From Candidatus Azotimanducaceae bacterium (GTDB taxonomy: Bacteria; Pseudomonadota; Gammaproteobacteria; Pseudomonadales; Azotimanducaceae): a DNA stretch of 64,000 nt. The notes beneath the pieces were generated by a model, which searched no databases, was not told the DNA's origin, and worked only from the letters and a program-made list of their open reading frames with translations. Each line of letters begins with the position of its first letter. Position 1 is the first letter of the stretch. This document shows, piece by piece, positions 9,511-19,239 of the stretch. The stretch lies in assembly GCA_045560825.1 (NCBI GenBank), contig JBJKYX010000034.1, forward strand, positions 18,120 through 82,119, written 5' to 3'. The position numbers and the translations under genes were made by a program.

Positions 9511-9552
9511 ACAGTCATAGTCACAGTCACAGTCACAGTCACAGTCACAGTC
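9511..9552 (+). repeat. Hexanucleotide tandem repeat (ACAGTC)x7, one unit ATAGTC, abutting the ATG at 9553
   Basis: acagtc atagtc acagtc acagtc acagtc acagtc acagtc ATG. Confidence 0.9.
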
Positions 9553-11154
9553 ATGAATTATCTATCAAGAATCACCTTAGCGATCGCTCTTCTTCTTTTT
9601 TCACAACTGAATGCACATGATAAATGGGAGGCTGTAGAGTATTCGCGGGAAGCCGCACATGCCCCGACTCCTCTGCCAGACCGCGTCGTCCTAACCTGGG
9701 AGGGCGACCCCTCAACAACTCAGTCAGTCACCTGGCGCACAGATGTATCTGTCAAAAAAGGGATCGCACAGCTGGCAATCGCCAACTCAAACGGTAGAGC
9801 GTTGGAAACTGAGGCTTTCGAAGCAAACACCTCGTATTTTAAAAGCGATATCAATGAAGCTCACTACCACACTGCCACATTTACGAAACTGACACCCGAT
9901 ATGCTTTACGCTTATCGCGTAGGAGACGGCGTTAACTGGACTGAGTACTATCATTTCAAGACCGCGAGCGACCGCGCTCGACCTTTCAGCTTCATTTACT
10001 TTGGAGACGCGCAAAACGAAGTGCGGACTCACTGGTCAAGGGTCTTTAGAGAAGCATTTCGAGATGCTCCTAAGGCCGCATTTACGCTGCATGCTGGAGA
10101 CCTTGTCGACAACAATGATTGGGACTCTGAGTGGGGCGAATGGCACCAAGGGCCGGATTGGGTTAATGGAACTCTCCCAGTAATTGCAACTCCCGGAAAC
10201 CATGAATATCGCCGTGTTGACGCTGGCTCCCGATCGGAGCGCTATTGGACGACCAGCGATGGTCAGACTATTGAAGTCGACATGACCTCGTTCAAGCCAG
10301 TATCAAAAGAGAACGGCACAACCTATAAGATTTATTTCGTCGGCCCAAAAGGTAATGACACCTACTTAGAAATAAACGACGGAGGCAACATCATCAGCGT
10401 CGATGGAGGAGTAGAAAAAATAACCGGTCACAAAAGAGACGAACTGTTAGGAACTAGCTTCTATGCGGCTCCACTCTATGACAAACAGCGCAAACCTGGA
10501 AAGCCAGCCGTCAGCACCCACTGGCAGCCACAATTTGCTTTCCCAATTCAGAATGTACCGAGCGACAATCTCAGAGAGACAGTCTATTTCATCGACTATC
10601 AGGGCGTGCGCTTTATCTCGCTTGATTCAAACGCTGAAACCGAGTTGCAGGCACCTTGGCTTCGAAAGGCACTCGAAGAAAACCCCAACCGGTGGACAAT
10701 ATTAACTTTCCACCATCCAATTTTTTCGCCAGGATCAGATCGCGACAATAAAGACCTCAGAGAGCTATGGAAGCCGATCCTGGATGAGTTCAAAGTCGAC
10801 TTGGTTCTCAGCGTCAGCGGTCACGATCACACTTACGCGCGTACTGGAAAGATAGATACTCTAGCACTAACTAATGTCCCTGAAGGCTACCAGCAGGCTT
10901 ATGATCCTGAAATTGGGACCGTCTATGTTGTTTCCGTGAGTGGCCCAAAAATGTACCCCATCACAAAGGGGGCCTACGCCAAGAGAGTTGCCGAAAATAC
11001 ACAGCTTTATCAAATAATACACGTTGGTGATCTTAATTTGAGGTACGAGGCTTACGAGGCGACAGGAGATCTTTACGATACTTTTACTTTAAGAAAAAGA
11101 GAGGGATTGCCTAACCTTCTTATCGAAGCATTACCGCCTGAAAATCGACGTTGA
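9553..11154 (+). CDS. Exported purple acid phosphatase-like metallophosphoesterase (FN3-like N-domain)
   Basis: Signal peptide MNYLSRITLAIALLLFSQLNA; motifs GDAQ, AGDLV, PGNHE, FHHP, GHDH. Confidence 0.85.
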   Translation: MNYLSRITLAIALLLFSQLNAHDKWEAVEYSREAAHAPTPLPDRVVLTWEGDPSTTQSVTWRTDVSVKKGIAQLAIANSNGRALETEAFEANTSYFKSDINEAHYHTATFTKLTPDMLYAYRVGDGVNWTEYYHFKTASDRARPFSFIYFGDAQNEVRTHWSRVFREAFRDAPKAAFTLHAGDLVDNNDWDSEWGEWHQGPDWVNGTLPVIATPGNHEYRRVDAGSRSERYWTTSDGQTIEVDMTSFKPVSKENGTTYKIYFVGPKGNDTYLEINDGGNIISVDGGVEKITGHKRDELLGTSFYAAPLYDKQRKPGKPAVSTHWQPQFAFPIQNVPSDNLRETVYFIDYQGVRFISLDSNAETELQAPWLRKALEENPNRWTILTFHHPIFSPGSDRDNKDLRELWKPILDEFKVDLVLSVSGHDHTYARTGKIDTLALTNVPEGYQQAYDPEIGTVYVVSVSGPKMYPITKGAYAKRVAENTQLYQIIHVGDLNLRYEAYEATGDLYDTFTLRKREGLPNLLIEALPPENRR

Positions 11155-11284
11155 TACCTCTGGAGATCTTGTTACTGCCTAATTTCTCGATTTCCAAAAG
11201 AGCACTGCAAAAGATTCCTATTTCGTAGCAACTTTAATGTACTCTTTTCGCCGGACAGGTGATTTCATTGAGTAGGACTTAGGA

Positions 11285-11875
11285 ATGGAAGGCTTTTCGA
11301 AAGCAGCAGACACTAACAAGACCCCGATTCTAAATACGTTCAGTGAATGGCTTTCAAATGATGAACTCGTGCTTGAGATAGGTAGCGGTTCAGGCCAACA
11401 TGCGATCCACATCGCGAAAGCCCTTCGGAAAATCCGATGGCAGCCCACTGAGCACCCTAGCGCGCTGCAACCCCTTATGAACAATATTTCTAGTTTCGGC
11501 AGCCCAAACATCCTAGCACCCGAAAGCCTTGATCTCGCTTCAGTAGAATGGCCCACCGAGTCAGTAGATTGTGTCTATTCTGCCAACGTTATTCATATAA
11601 TTGACGAAACTCTGGGAAGAAGGCTCATCCAAACTGCTGCCGAAAGCCTTAGAGCTGGTGGATTGCTTGCCTTGTACGGACCATTTAAATATCAAGGAGA
11701 ATTCACGACCACCTCGAACGCCGAATTTGATGACTGGTTAAAGGATAGAAACTCACGCAGCGGCATCCGAGATTTTGAATGGGTAATGAGGCTCGCCCAA
11801 GACTCAGGCCTAACATTTATGGAAGACCGTTCGATGCCCGCGAACAATCAGTTTCTGGCATTTCGACGCTTGTAA
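11285..11875 (+). CDS. DUF938 family SAM-dependent methyltransferase
   Basis: VLEIGSGSGQHA, WQPTE, LYGPF, FDDWLK, MPANN. Confidence 0.88.
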   Translation: MEGFSKAADTNKTPILNTFSEWLSNDELVLEIGSGSGQHAIHIAKALRKIRWQPTEHPSALQPLMNNISSFGSPNILAPESLDLASVEWPTESVDCVYSANVIHIIDETLGRRLIQTAAESLRAGGLLALYGPFKYQGEFTTTSNAEFDDWLKDRNSRSGIRDFEWVMRLAQDSGLTFMEDRSMPANNQFLAFRRL

Positions 11876-11903
11876 AAAACCGCCAACAACCAGCTGGGCT
11901 TTA

Positions 11904-12701
11904 CTAGTAGATTTGTGGAAAACCCTCGTGCCTAAATGGACTTCCGTCCTGCTGGACACTGACTTGATTCAGAGGATGACCATTTTTACCAGTTCGTTTA
12001 GCGCGAGGGCGCGAGGCCACTACCGCATCATCACCAAAAAAACGAAGAGAGAGTGTGCGCCTGGTTTCGCTCTGATGAGTAGGACCGCCTCCATGCAAAG
12101 TGCTCGGATGAAATACGACTACGTCGCCTGGCTCAACAGGAAAGGAAACCAGATCAAAATCATCCCTCCTAGACTCTATGTCTGGCAGCAGAGGATAAGC
12201 AGGATCATTGTATAACCCGCGAGTGTCGTCAATCGGATCGAAAGCGGAGCCATCATAAAGAATGCCACGGTGCGATTTTCTAACGAATTCTAATGATCTC
12301 TGTGCATCGAGTGCATCAAAGGAAATCCAGAGCACAGCGAGATCATTACCTCGTACTGGCAGGTAGGGAGTATCCTGATGCCAAGGAGTTCTTCTAGTAT
12401 CTCCTCCATATTTTTTGAACACCTGCTCATACATAAACCAAGCATGATCACCCGAAAACAACTTCCGGATAATAGCCACAATATCCGGGTGTCTTGTTAG
12501 GGTCTCATAGACGGGAAAGGCTTCTGGATTGGCAAGATCTTGATAAAAGGTGCCCGGATTTTTGCTCGGTATGTTCCCTGCCCCTGGACCAGGATAGTCC
12601 AGGCTCCACTGGTATGCTTCTCTTGCAAGTTGCAAAGACTCATTCGTCAATGCTCCAGGCCAATAAATCACACCGTCATCATAGAATCTTTCGCGCATCA
12701 A
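11904..12701 (-). CDS. Phytanoyl-CoA dioxygenase (PhyH) family 2OG-Fe(II) oxygenase
   Basis: TPWHQD, PGDVVVFH..TLHGG, RRTLSLRF. Confidence 0.88.
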   Translation of the reverse strand: MMRERFYDDGVIYWPGALTNESLQLAREAYQWSLDYPGPGAGNIPSKNPGTFYQDLANPEAFPVYETLTRHPDIVAIIRKLFSGDHAWFMYEQVFKKYGGDTRRTPWHQDTPYLPVRGNDLAVLWISFDALDAQRSLEFVRKSHRGILYDGSAFDPIDDTRGLYNDPAYPLLPDIESRRDDFDLVSFPVEPGDVVVFHPSTLHGGGPTHQSETRRTLSLRFFGDDAVVASRPRAKRTGKNGHPLNQVSVQQDGSPFRHEGFPQIY

Positions 12702-12848
12702 TTTAGTCTAGACCCTTTTAAAAACCGATCAAAGAACCTCAATTAGAGACTATTCGAAAAAATGAGGCTATAAGTCTTTACGAGATATATTGGTGAAGGT
12801 CCTAATTTAACTTAAAGTTAAGCTCATTAAGTCGAATTTGGAAAACCA

Positions 12849-13346
12849 ATGAAAATAAGCATTATCCTTATGACCAGCTTGTTAGCTGTTTGCCTTTCTA
12901 CAAACGCGGGCCATCATGAACAAAACTCAGCCTCCCAGAATATCGCAGCTGCCTCCAAATTCATGGAAACGCTTCTGACCGACAGAGAGACTGCCGATTC
13001 ACTGTTACATCCAGACTTTGATTTCTTATTTATGGGAATTTCCCCTCACCTCTCGAATGTTCCTTACAACAAGGAAACCTACTGGTCAGTCTGGATGGAC
13101 GAGGTGATAGCACCCTTGGTACCAGATGGTTTTAAAAAAGTGGAAGTCGTAGATGCGATTGGCGATGAAAAAGGTGTCGCTCTTATGGTCGAAGGGGATG
13201 CTGATGGTATCAACGGACGATATAACAACAATTACGTATTTATCTTCAAATTTAAAGACGGGAAGATCCTCTCCTTAAGAGAATATACAAGCGACTTGAT
13301 GGTAGAAACTCGACTTTACAAACAAAAGCTTTCTCCAGACCAGTAA
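12849..13346 (+). CDS. Exported SnoaL/NTF2-like protein
   Basis: Signal peptide ..STNA-GHHE; C-terminal YNNNYVFIFKFKDGKILSLREY. Confidence 0.8.
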   Translation: MKISIILMTSLLAVCLSTNAGHHEQNSASQNIAAASKFMETLLTDRETADSLLHPDFDFLFMGISPHLSNVPYNKETYWSVWMDEVIAPLVPDGFKKVEVVDAIGDEKGVALMVEGDADGINGRYNNNYVFIFKFKDGKILSLREYTSDLMVETRLYKQKLSPDQ

Positions 13347-13571
13347 CCGCTTTAGTAAATCGGCACAGCGGGCATCCCTGAATCGGACGTTGGCATGCAC
13401 TATATTCAAAATTCATTTAGCTCGAGCTATCAGTAGCCATGGTCCGACAAGCAAGTCTTTCTTCTTGCGGCGATGAAACATGAAAGCTAAACTTTCGATC
13501 ACGACTCCTGTGATAAGTCCATAGAAGTTGTAAACCAAACCTGACGAATACATGGCGTTAAGGAGATAACA

Positions 13572-14177
13572 GTGGAAAGAAATTACCGAATATTGAACTG
13601 TTTCCACAATTACGCGCGCATTCTGCTCGCCATTTTGGCGATCAGCCTTACTCACTTTGCCTCAGCTAATGAGAACCATGCAGCCAGTTGGGGACCCAAA
13701 GTAGGTAGCACTGCGCCCATGCTAGAAGCTGAAGATCAGGCAGGAAAAACTCAGACGTTAAATAGCTTGAGAGGCCCAAAGGGCTTGTTGGTTGTTTTCA
13801 ACAGATCAGTCGACTGGTGACCATTCTGCATGCGTCAGTTCGTGAAACTGAATGACATCCAAAACAAATTCGAAGAATTAGGGATCGCCGTTGCGGGAAT
13901 GACCTATGATGCTCCTGAAGCCATTCAGAAATTTCATGAAAGATGGGATATTCAATATCCGCTTCTACGGGACGTTGACGCGCAGCACGTAGAAGCTTGG
14001 GGAATTCGCAACCAGGAATACGTGGAAGGCAACTTTGCGGGCATCCCGAATCCTGGTGTGGCGCTTCTATCTCCTGAAGGGGAGATTCTAGCAAAGTTTG
14101 CAGAACCCGGTTACCGGGGAAGACCCGACTGGTCGAGCGTCCTATCATCAGTCGAATCGATCGTTGGTGGCGAGTAA
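13572..14177 (+). CDS. Exported AhpC/TSA peroxiredoxin-like selenoprotein (UxxC), Sec at TGA 13818-13820
   Basis: Tracked ORFs 13572-13820 and 13830-14177 are in frame; joined they read FNRSVDW-U-PFCMRQ, a thioredoxin-fold active site; SECIS-like hairpin follows; about 201 aa. Confidence 0.9.
13835..13851 (+). promoter_or_regulatory. Bacterial SECIS-like hairpin
   Basis: TCAGTT-CGTGA-AACTGA; 20 nt between UGA and loop; G at loop position 2. Confidence 0.75.
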
Positions 14178-14202
14178 AGGTTCTTATTTTACTTCTTGAA
14201 AG

Positions 14203-14592
14203 ATGAGTAAGATCCGCAAAAAAATCAACTGGGCTCTGGTTATCCTTCTTGGGTTGGTGAACGGGATACTTGAAGACCTTCTGTTTATCTCAGTCCTAGT
14301 GCCGAACATGCCCGCTAGCCTTGACCTTACTGGGGATCTATTCTGGATTTTCACGGTACCCCTCGCCCAGATTATGGCGCTGACTTTATCAGGAACAGCA
14401 GCCTGGTTTTTAGGTATAAAACACTTGCCCCAGCTCATTACCTTTTGGGCATGTTGGGTTTTGGCTCGTACCACTTTTCTTTCCTTAGTGAATAATCCTA
14501 TTGAAGATATAGCCATTTATCTCGTGTGGATTACTTTCTGGTGTGTGCTGATCGGTTTAGCGGGCTTTCTCAAAAGGTCAAAAGCCTCTTAG
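14203..14592 (+). CDS. Hypothetical membrane protein (about 4 TM)
   Basis: 129 aa, four hydrophobic segments. Confidence 0.65.
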   Translation: MSKIRKKINWALVILLGLVNGILEDLLFISVLVPNMPASLDLTGDLFWIFTVPLAQIMALTLSGTAAWFLGIKHLPQLITFWACWVLARTTFLSLVNNPIEDIAIYLVWITFWCVLIGLAGFLKRSKAS

Positions 14593-14692
14593 CGCCAAAA
14601 TAACCAAAATGCAAAAGCGATGCTCTTAACGGAACAACCAAAAGACCTGTTCCCAACTAGATGTTCTTCTACGGCACAAACCCAAAGAAAAT

Positions 14693-15526
14693 TTACCCAC
14701 TCCGCACTGAGGGCTGGCAGACTGGACATGAATATAGCCGTCGACCATTAGTTTCCGATCGAACTATTTTTTCGCCACATTCGTAACAAGGTAACCCAGC
14801 TCTTGCAAAAACAGCGAATCGATATTTAGAACGACTTAGGCCTTGTTCTTTTAGTCTCGACACTCTTGAGAGGTCATTGGTGACTCCGGCAGTCAGATAA
14901 GCCTGCTCTGTTAAACGAAGAACCTCCTTTGAAAGGGTTCGCTTCTGTTCTCCCGGAAGATCCTTGGGCCTATCAACAGGGTTAAGACTACAAACATATA
15001 ATATTTCCGAACGCAGGTAATTACCGATACCGCCAACGAAATGTTGATCTAAAAGCAACGCCCCAAGAGAGCGCCCTTCGAATTTAGGGGAGGTTAGCTG
15101 CTGATAGACCTGTTCCCAATTAGTTTTTTCACCAAGGGCATCTGGTCCCAGTTTAACCAGGTACGGATGCACTTCCAGGTCTTCAGGTTCAAGAAGTTCG
15201 ATATTAGATGCGCTATATAAAAAAGCACTGTGTCTCGATGTCGAAATGACTAACCTCTGAGTGCGGTTAGTCTTAGGCTTTTTACCTTTTCTCACAATGA
15301 GCCATTTCCCGTACAATTGATTATGAGAGTAAAGAGTCAAGCCAGATTCAAAATAAACAAGAAGGGCCTTGCCCCTGCTATCGACTTGTGTGATCTTCTG
15401 AGCTCGGAGCCGGTCGTTATACCTGGCAAGATCCCGGAAACTAAATCGGAGCTCTTCAAGTGATTGGTTAGCCAAAACTTTATCTAGTCTAGTGGCTAAC
15501 CTTTTGATTTCGGGTCCTTCTGGCAC
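14693..15526 (-). CDS. nei: Endonuclease VIII
   Basis: GTG start gives MPEGPE; RGKALL, LYSHNQLYGKW, GIGNYLRSEIL, zinc finger CYEC..CPVCQ. Confidence 0.93.
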   Translation of the reverse strand: MPEGPEIKRLATRLDKVLANQSLEELRFSFRDLARYNDRLRAQKITQVDSRGKALLVYFESGLTLYSHNQLYGKWLIVRKGKKPKTNRTQRLVISTSRHSAFLYSASNIELLEPEDLEVHPYLVKLGPDALGEKTNWEQVYQQLTSPKFEGRSLGALLLDQHFVGGIGNYLRSEILYVCSLNPVDRPKDLPGEQKRTLSKEVLRLTEQAYLTAGVTNDLSRVSRLKEQGLSRSKYRFAVFARAGLPCYECGEKIVRSETNGRRLYSCPVCQPSVRSG

Positions 15527-15666
15527 TTCAGGTCTCTTTCGAAAACCCTTCAAACATTAGGGCGTCTAGCCCAAATTACAAGACTTTAAAAACTGCAAAA
15601 AGGACACATCATCAGTTTGGAAGGTGCCGCCCCTTAAACTTTAAATCAGCCTAGGTTCAATAGATC

Positions 15667-16380
15667 ATGATCGAAATTCGAAGAGCTTTTGCCATCATTT
15701 TAGTTTTTATGATTTTGTTCTTCTGGTTTGGCCTCGCCGCCGCAAACGAATTAGGCTCGCCGGCAGTTTCCAATACTACCAACAGCAACAGCAACACAAA
15801 AATCCTCTTCGACGTCTTCATCGGAAAAAAAAGAATCGGCGAACATTTATTTCTGCTTGGAAAAAGTTCTGATGGTGTGAAAGTTAAATCGAGAGCTTCG
15901 TTCGACTACCGTTTATTTAATATCTCGCTCTATAAATACAATCACTCCTCAGAGGAGAACTACGACTCTAAAAATTGTCTTACAAAAATAAATAGTTCAA
16001 CCCTTACTGAGACTAAGGTTCGGGGTTCACTCAGAGAAAAAGTAACAGGAGAAAGGAGACACAACGGCTTTTGGATAACGGGATCAAACGAGGAAAAACT
16101 AGACAAAAATTGCCTCATGCCCTTCGCCTACTGGAATCCCAAAATTCTTGAACAAACGTCCTTGCTGAACGCGCAAACTGGTAAAGAGGTTCAGATCGCG
16201 GTGCGTAAGCTTCCAGAAACCACGTCCGGATCAATTTATCTACTGGAAGGGGAAAAACTTAGTATCGAAGTGAGTTATTCTCCAAAGGGTTCTTGGATTT
16301 CACTAGAATCGAAAATAGGCAAAGGAAGAAATTTGAAGTACGTTCTTGCCAGTGAAGAAAACCTTTTGGGGCCATTATAG
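15667..16380 (+). CDS. Exported DUF6134-like protein
   Basis: Signal peptide; FDVFIGKKRIGEH, LYKYNH, FAYWN..LLNAQTG. Confidence 0.7.
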   Translation: MIEIRRAFAIILVFMILFFWFGLAAANELGSPAVSNTTNSNSNTKILFDVFIGKKRIGEHLFLLGKSSDGVKVKSRASFDYRLFNISLYKYNHSSEENYDSKNCLTKINSSTLTETKVRGSLREKVTGERRHNGFWITGSNEEKLDKNCLMPFAYWNPKILEQTSLLNAQTGKEVQIAVRKLPETTSGSIYLLEGEKLSIEVSYSPKGSWISLESKIGKGRNLKYVLASEENLLGPL

Positions 16381-16465
16381 TTATAAACTTCTACGCAAAA
16401 ATAAAACTCCTTTCTGCAAACGGTCTTTCTCGCCTTCTGTCAGGGCTTTTGAGGACGATACGCCT

Positions 16466-16732
16466 TCAACTGCTACGCTTTAAATTCCGCCAGTCCTGCC
16501 CAGCCGCTCTCTTTCTCAATCGCTCTGTTTGCCAAGCGGGTAACTTAACACGCGTATCGAAATCCTGATCAGGCTCAAAGTCGCCAGAATATTCGATCGG
16601 TAATTGCTTTATCTTTTCCAAAATCTTTTTATATCTGTTCTTAAGAGACACTTTTAAATCACTCTGCTTCACCCTCTCTAATACTACATGAAAATGCCAG
16701 ATTAGACCTGTACGGAGCGAGTTATGAATCAA
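16466..16732 (-). CDS. Small hypothetical protein (start uncertain)
   Basis: 88-aa ORF filling an intergenic gap; no motif recognised. Confidence 0.35.
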   Translation of the reverse strand: MIHNSLRTGLIWHFHVVLERVKQSDLKVSLKNRYKKILEKIKQLPIEYSGDFEPDQDFDTRVKLPAWQTERLRKRAAGQDWRNLKRSS

Positions 16733-16863
16733 AATTCAAGCGCCATTTTCAAAAATTGTTGATGCTTAACTCACCTCAAAGAACAACCTAAACATTTTGA
16801 CTAAAACAGAAAATATCTGCTCTACTTAGCCGATCGCAAAAACAAATTGAGGCTCGAAAAAAA

Positions 16864-17421
16864 ATGTCAAAAATAAAAATCACCATGATTTCACTTTTCG
16901 CTATTGCGCTCCCATTTACAACATTGACGGCCGATGTCGAAAAAACAGTGATAGGTGGCGTTGAAATGCCAGAAGTTCAAAATAGCGACGCTTTCAAACA
17001 AATTAAGAAAAAGTTGGGTAAGTGGGAAGGAAAGATGACACAAAATTTAACGGGCGAGGTAATTGATGTCTCGTACGAATGGAAACTGACTTCAGGGGGA
17101 AACACTATAACTGAAACTATCGTTGAAGACGGGGTAGAAATGCTCACTACCTATGCCGACGACGATGGTAAATTAGTGGTAAAGCACTATTGCGCCCTGG
17201 GTACTCAACCAGTCTTCAAAGTGTCACAAGCCTCAGATAGTGTCGTACAACTAACATTGGACGAATCTCGGGTTAATTTGCACTCCGAACACCATAGCTT
17301 TGTTACCGGTATGAAGTGGACGACGAACCCTTCCAATCCTGCAGTTATGACGTTCGAAAACACAGTCATGATAGATGGCGAACTAACAGACAACATAGCT
17401 AAAGTGAAAAGAATCAACTAA
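16864..17421 (+). CDS. Exported hypothetical beta-barrel protein
   Basis: Signal peptide; LGKWEG, EMLTTY..LVVKHYCALGTQP. Confidence 0.7.
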   Translation: MSKIKITMISLFAIALPFTTLTADVEKTVIGGVEMPEVQNSDAFKQIKKKLGKWEGKMTQNLTGEVIDVSYEWKLTSGGNTITETIVEDGVEMLTTYADDDGKLVVKHYCALGTQPVFKVSQASDSVVQLTLDESRVNLHSEHHSFVTGMKWTTNPSNPAVMTFENTVMIDGELTDNIAKVKRIN

Positions 17422-17455
17422 CCCGTTCTACAACAAATAACAGGAAAATGGAGGA

Positions 17456-17483
17456 CCTTGGAAAATTAAAAAAACTTCCAAGG
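17456..17483 (+). terminator. Inverted repeat, possible terminator
   Basis: CCTTGGAA..TTCCAAGG after the 17421 stop; no U-tract. Confidence 0.35.
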
Positions 17484-17554
17484 CACTCCAGATTAAAAAG
17501 ACATCCTAGTAAGTTTTTGACACCTAAACCCAACAACCGTAAAAGGACTTTTAT

Positions 17555-17992
17555 ATGCGTTACGTAGTTTTAACAACAGCACTATTACTGATCTCTTTCA
17601 CCCATTTTTCGACCGCAGATGATCACCCAACAATTACAATCCCATCTGAATCTCTTTCAGTAAAGGGTGAGGTAACCAATTTAGAACTCACCGAAACAGG
17701 TGGAGTCATCTCTGTAAAGGCTATCGCTGGAAAATACGGACTCGTATTCATAACTTACAACATGAGCACAAACCCCAACTCCAAAACACAAGGTACCTTT
17801 ACCGGACGAGGCATGGGCATAGACGATACCGGCAATAGAGAGTTCGCTCAAAGACGAGGCGTGTGGACGCGAGAAGGTACTCTACTAACTCTTCATTCGC
17901 TCGATGACTTGACTGACGGCACTCAAAACCTTTGCAAATCTGAGCTCAATCTCTCCAGCGGAGAGTTCGAGATGACCTTCTACCCAATGTGA
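17555..17992 (+). CDS. Exported hypothetical protein
   Basis: Signal peptide ..HFSTA-DDHP; AAGGA RBS. Confidence 0.7.
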   Translation: MRYVVLTTALLLISFTHFSTADDHPTITIPSESLSVKGEVTNLELTETGGVISVKAIAGKYGLVFITYNMSTNPNSKTQGTFTGRGMGIDDTGNREFAQRRGVWTREGTLLTLHSLDDLTDGTQNLCKSELNLSSGEFEMTFYPM

Positions 17993-18004
17993 TCGACCAG
18001 TTTG

Positions 18005-18031
18005 GGCGGCTCAGTGAACCGCTGAGCTGCC
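18005..18031 (+). terminator. GC-rich hairpin after the 17992 stop
   Basis: GGCGGCTCAGTG-AAC-CGCTGAGCTGCC. Confidence 0.5.
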
Positions 18032-18091
18032 TGGACACTCGTTCCTCGTTTCTAACCATCACAACTCAAGGCCACTTTTTTATAATGAGAG

Positions 18092-18166
18092 TTATAAATC
18101 TCTCAACGATGGCCTGACTTCTTCAGCAAATAAATGCAGACCGCCATTCAGCATATCTACATCAAC
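18092..18166 (-). pseudogene. C-terminal remnant resembling an LLM flavin-dependent oxidoreductase
   Basis: Reads VDVDMLNGGLHLFAEEVRPSLRDL*, like the L-x-LFAEEV-x-P tail of luciferase-like monooxygenases; no upstream gene body. Confidence 0.4.
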
Positions 18167-18264
18167 CGCACGTCAAATTTCATGCGACCGCACTATTTGC
18201 GAGAGACTTCCAATATGATGATGTAGACATGCAGGATACTCTGGAAAAATTTGTCTAAAAGTAG

Positions 18265-19239
18265 CTAATAAACAACCATGCAGCGCACTTCAATGCTCCA
18301 CCGATCTGGCGCGCCTTCCGGTGTTTCGGGATCATCAAACGCGCTATGAAAGCTAAACGTACACGGCCCGTCTCCTTGATAATCCGATTGCTCACCATTA
18401 CTGACAGCTAACTGACCGGCAGAATCCCATTGTTTTATTAACAACGCCTCATTCCGGGTCATGGCCGGGTAACTATAAAACGTATGTCCCTTGGCGTGTT
18501 TAGCCCAATAATTTTCTCCCACTCGATCAGGCATGTGGATCTCAAACACAACAAGATCCTCGGGCTTGACAGTCTGGCCGTCGCAAAGTGCTAGGGGATG
18601 AGTAGAAACTGGAGTGGATTCGATGTTCCGCCAAAGGTTAATAATCGCAAACCGCCCTTCTTTGGACAAAGCTCTCTCAGCAACCGCTTCCGGAATCAAG
18701 CCTCGCCCATCTGGAATCTGATCTCTCAGAGTATCATTCACACTTGGGGGTTGGGTGAGTTGGAGAAGCCTTTCTCGGGAAGATCGCAAGGTGTAATCAC
18801 CATGAACAATGTGAGCCGGTCCTTGTACATCCTGTCCGCCTTTTACCTGGCGCTTTTCTCTCAAACCCCCGGCAGATCGAATATTATGATCAAACGCCCA
18901 AACCTCAGCACCGGTCGATTCCCCTACTATTTTCTCGCAGTCCTGATAGTAGCCTCCGATTACGTCCTCGTGATCCAAAAAGTCATAGCTCTTTACAGGA
19001 GATTCGATAAGTTCAAAGCCATTCTTATCCAGCGTCATGGATTCCGATCGAGGGAGCTGCCTGGCGTTCTTTACCGAGAGTTCGTAGGCCTCCGTTGACA
19101 CGCCCTCACTTTCCACAAAATTACCTCGATCATCCCGAGTCATTCGGACCAAATCATTTCTATACAAAGACGATTCAGTATCCCTTGTTAGAAAATGGAA
19201 AACACCCGAGATCCCCGCCATACTTTCTGTAACAGTCAT
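18265..19239 (-). CDS. CmcJ/NvfI (AsaB / GA4 desaturase-like) oxidoreductase
   Basis: LDKNGFEL, FDHNIRS, VHGDYT, INLWR, PLALCD, KQWDS, FHSAF, RWSIEVR. Confidence 0.8.
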   Translation of the reverse strand: MTVTESMAGISGVFHFLTRDTESSLYRNDLVRMTRDDRGNFVESEGVSTEAYELSVKNARQLPRSESMTLDKNGFELIESPVKSYDFLDHEDVIGGYYQDCEKIVGESTGAEVWAFDHNIRSAGGLREKRQVKGGQDVQGPAHIVHGDYTLRSSRERLLQLTQPPSVNDTLRDQIPDGRGLIPEAVAERALSKEGRFAIINLWRNIESTPVSTHPLALCDGQTVKPEDLVVFEIHMPDRVGENYWAKHAKGHTFYSYPAMTRNEALLIKQWDSAGQLAVSNGEQSDYQGDGPCTFSFHSAFDDPETPEGAPDRWSIEVRCMVVY

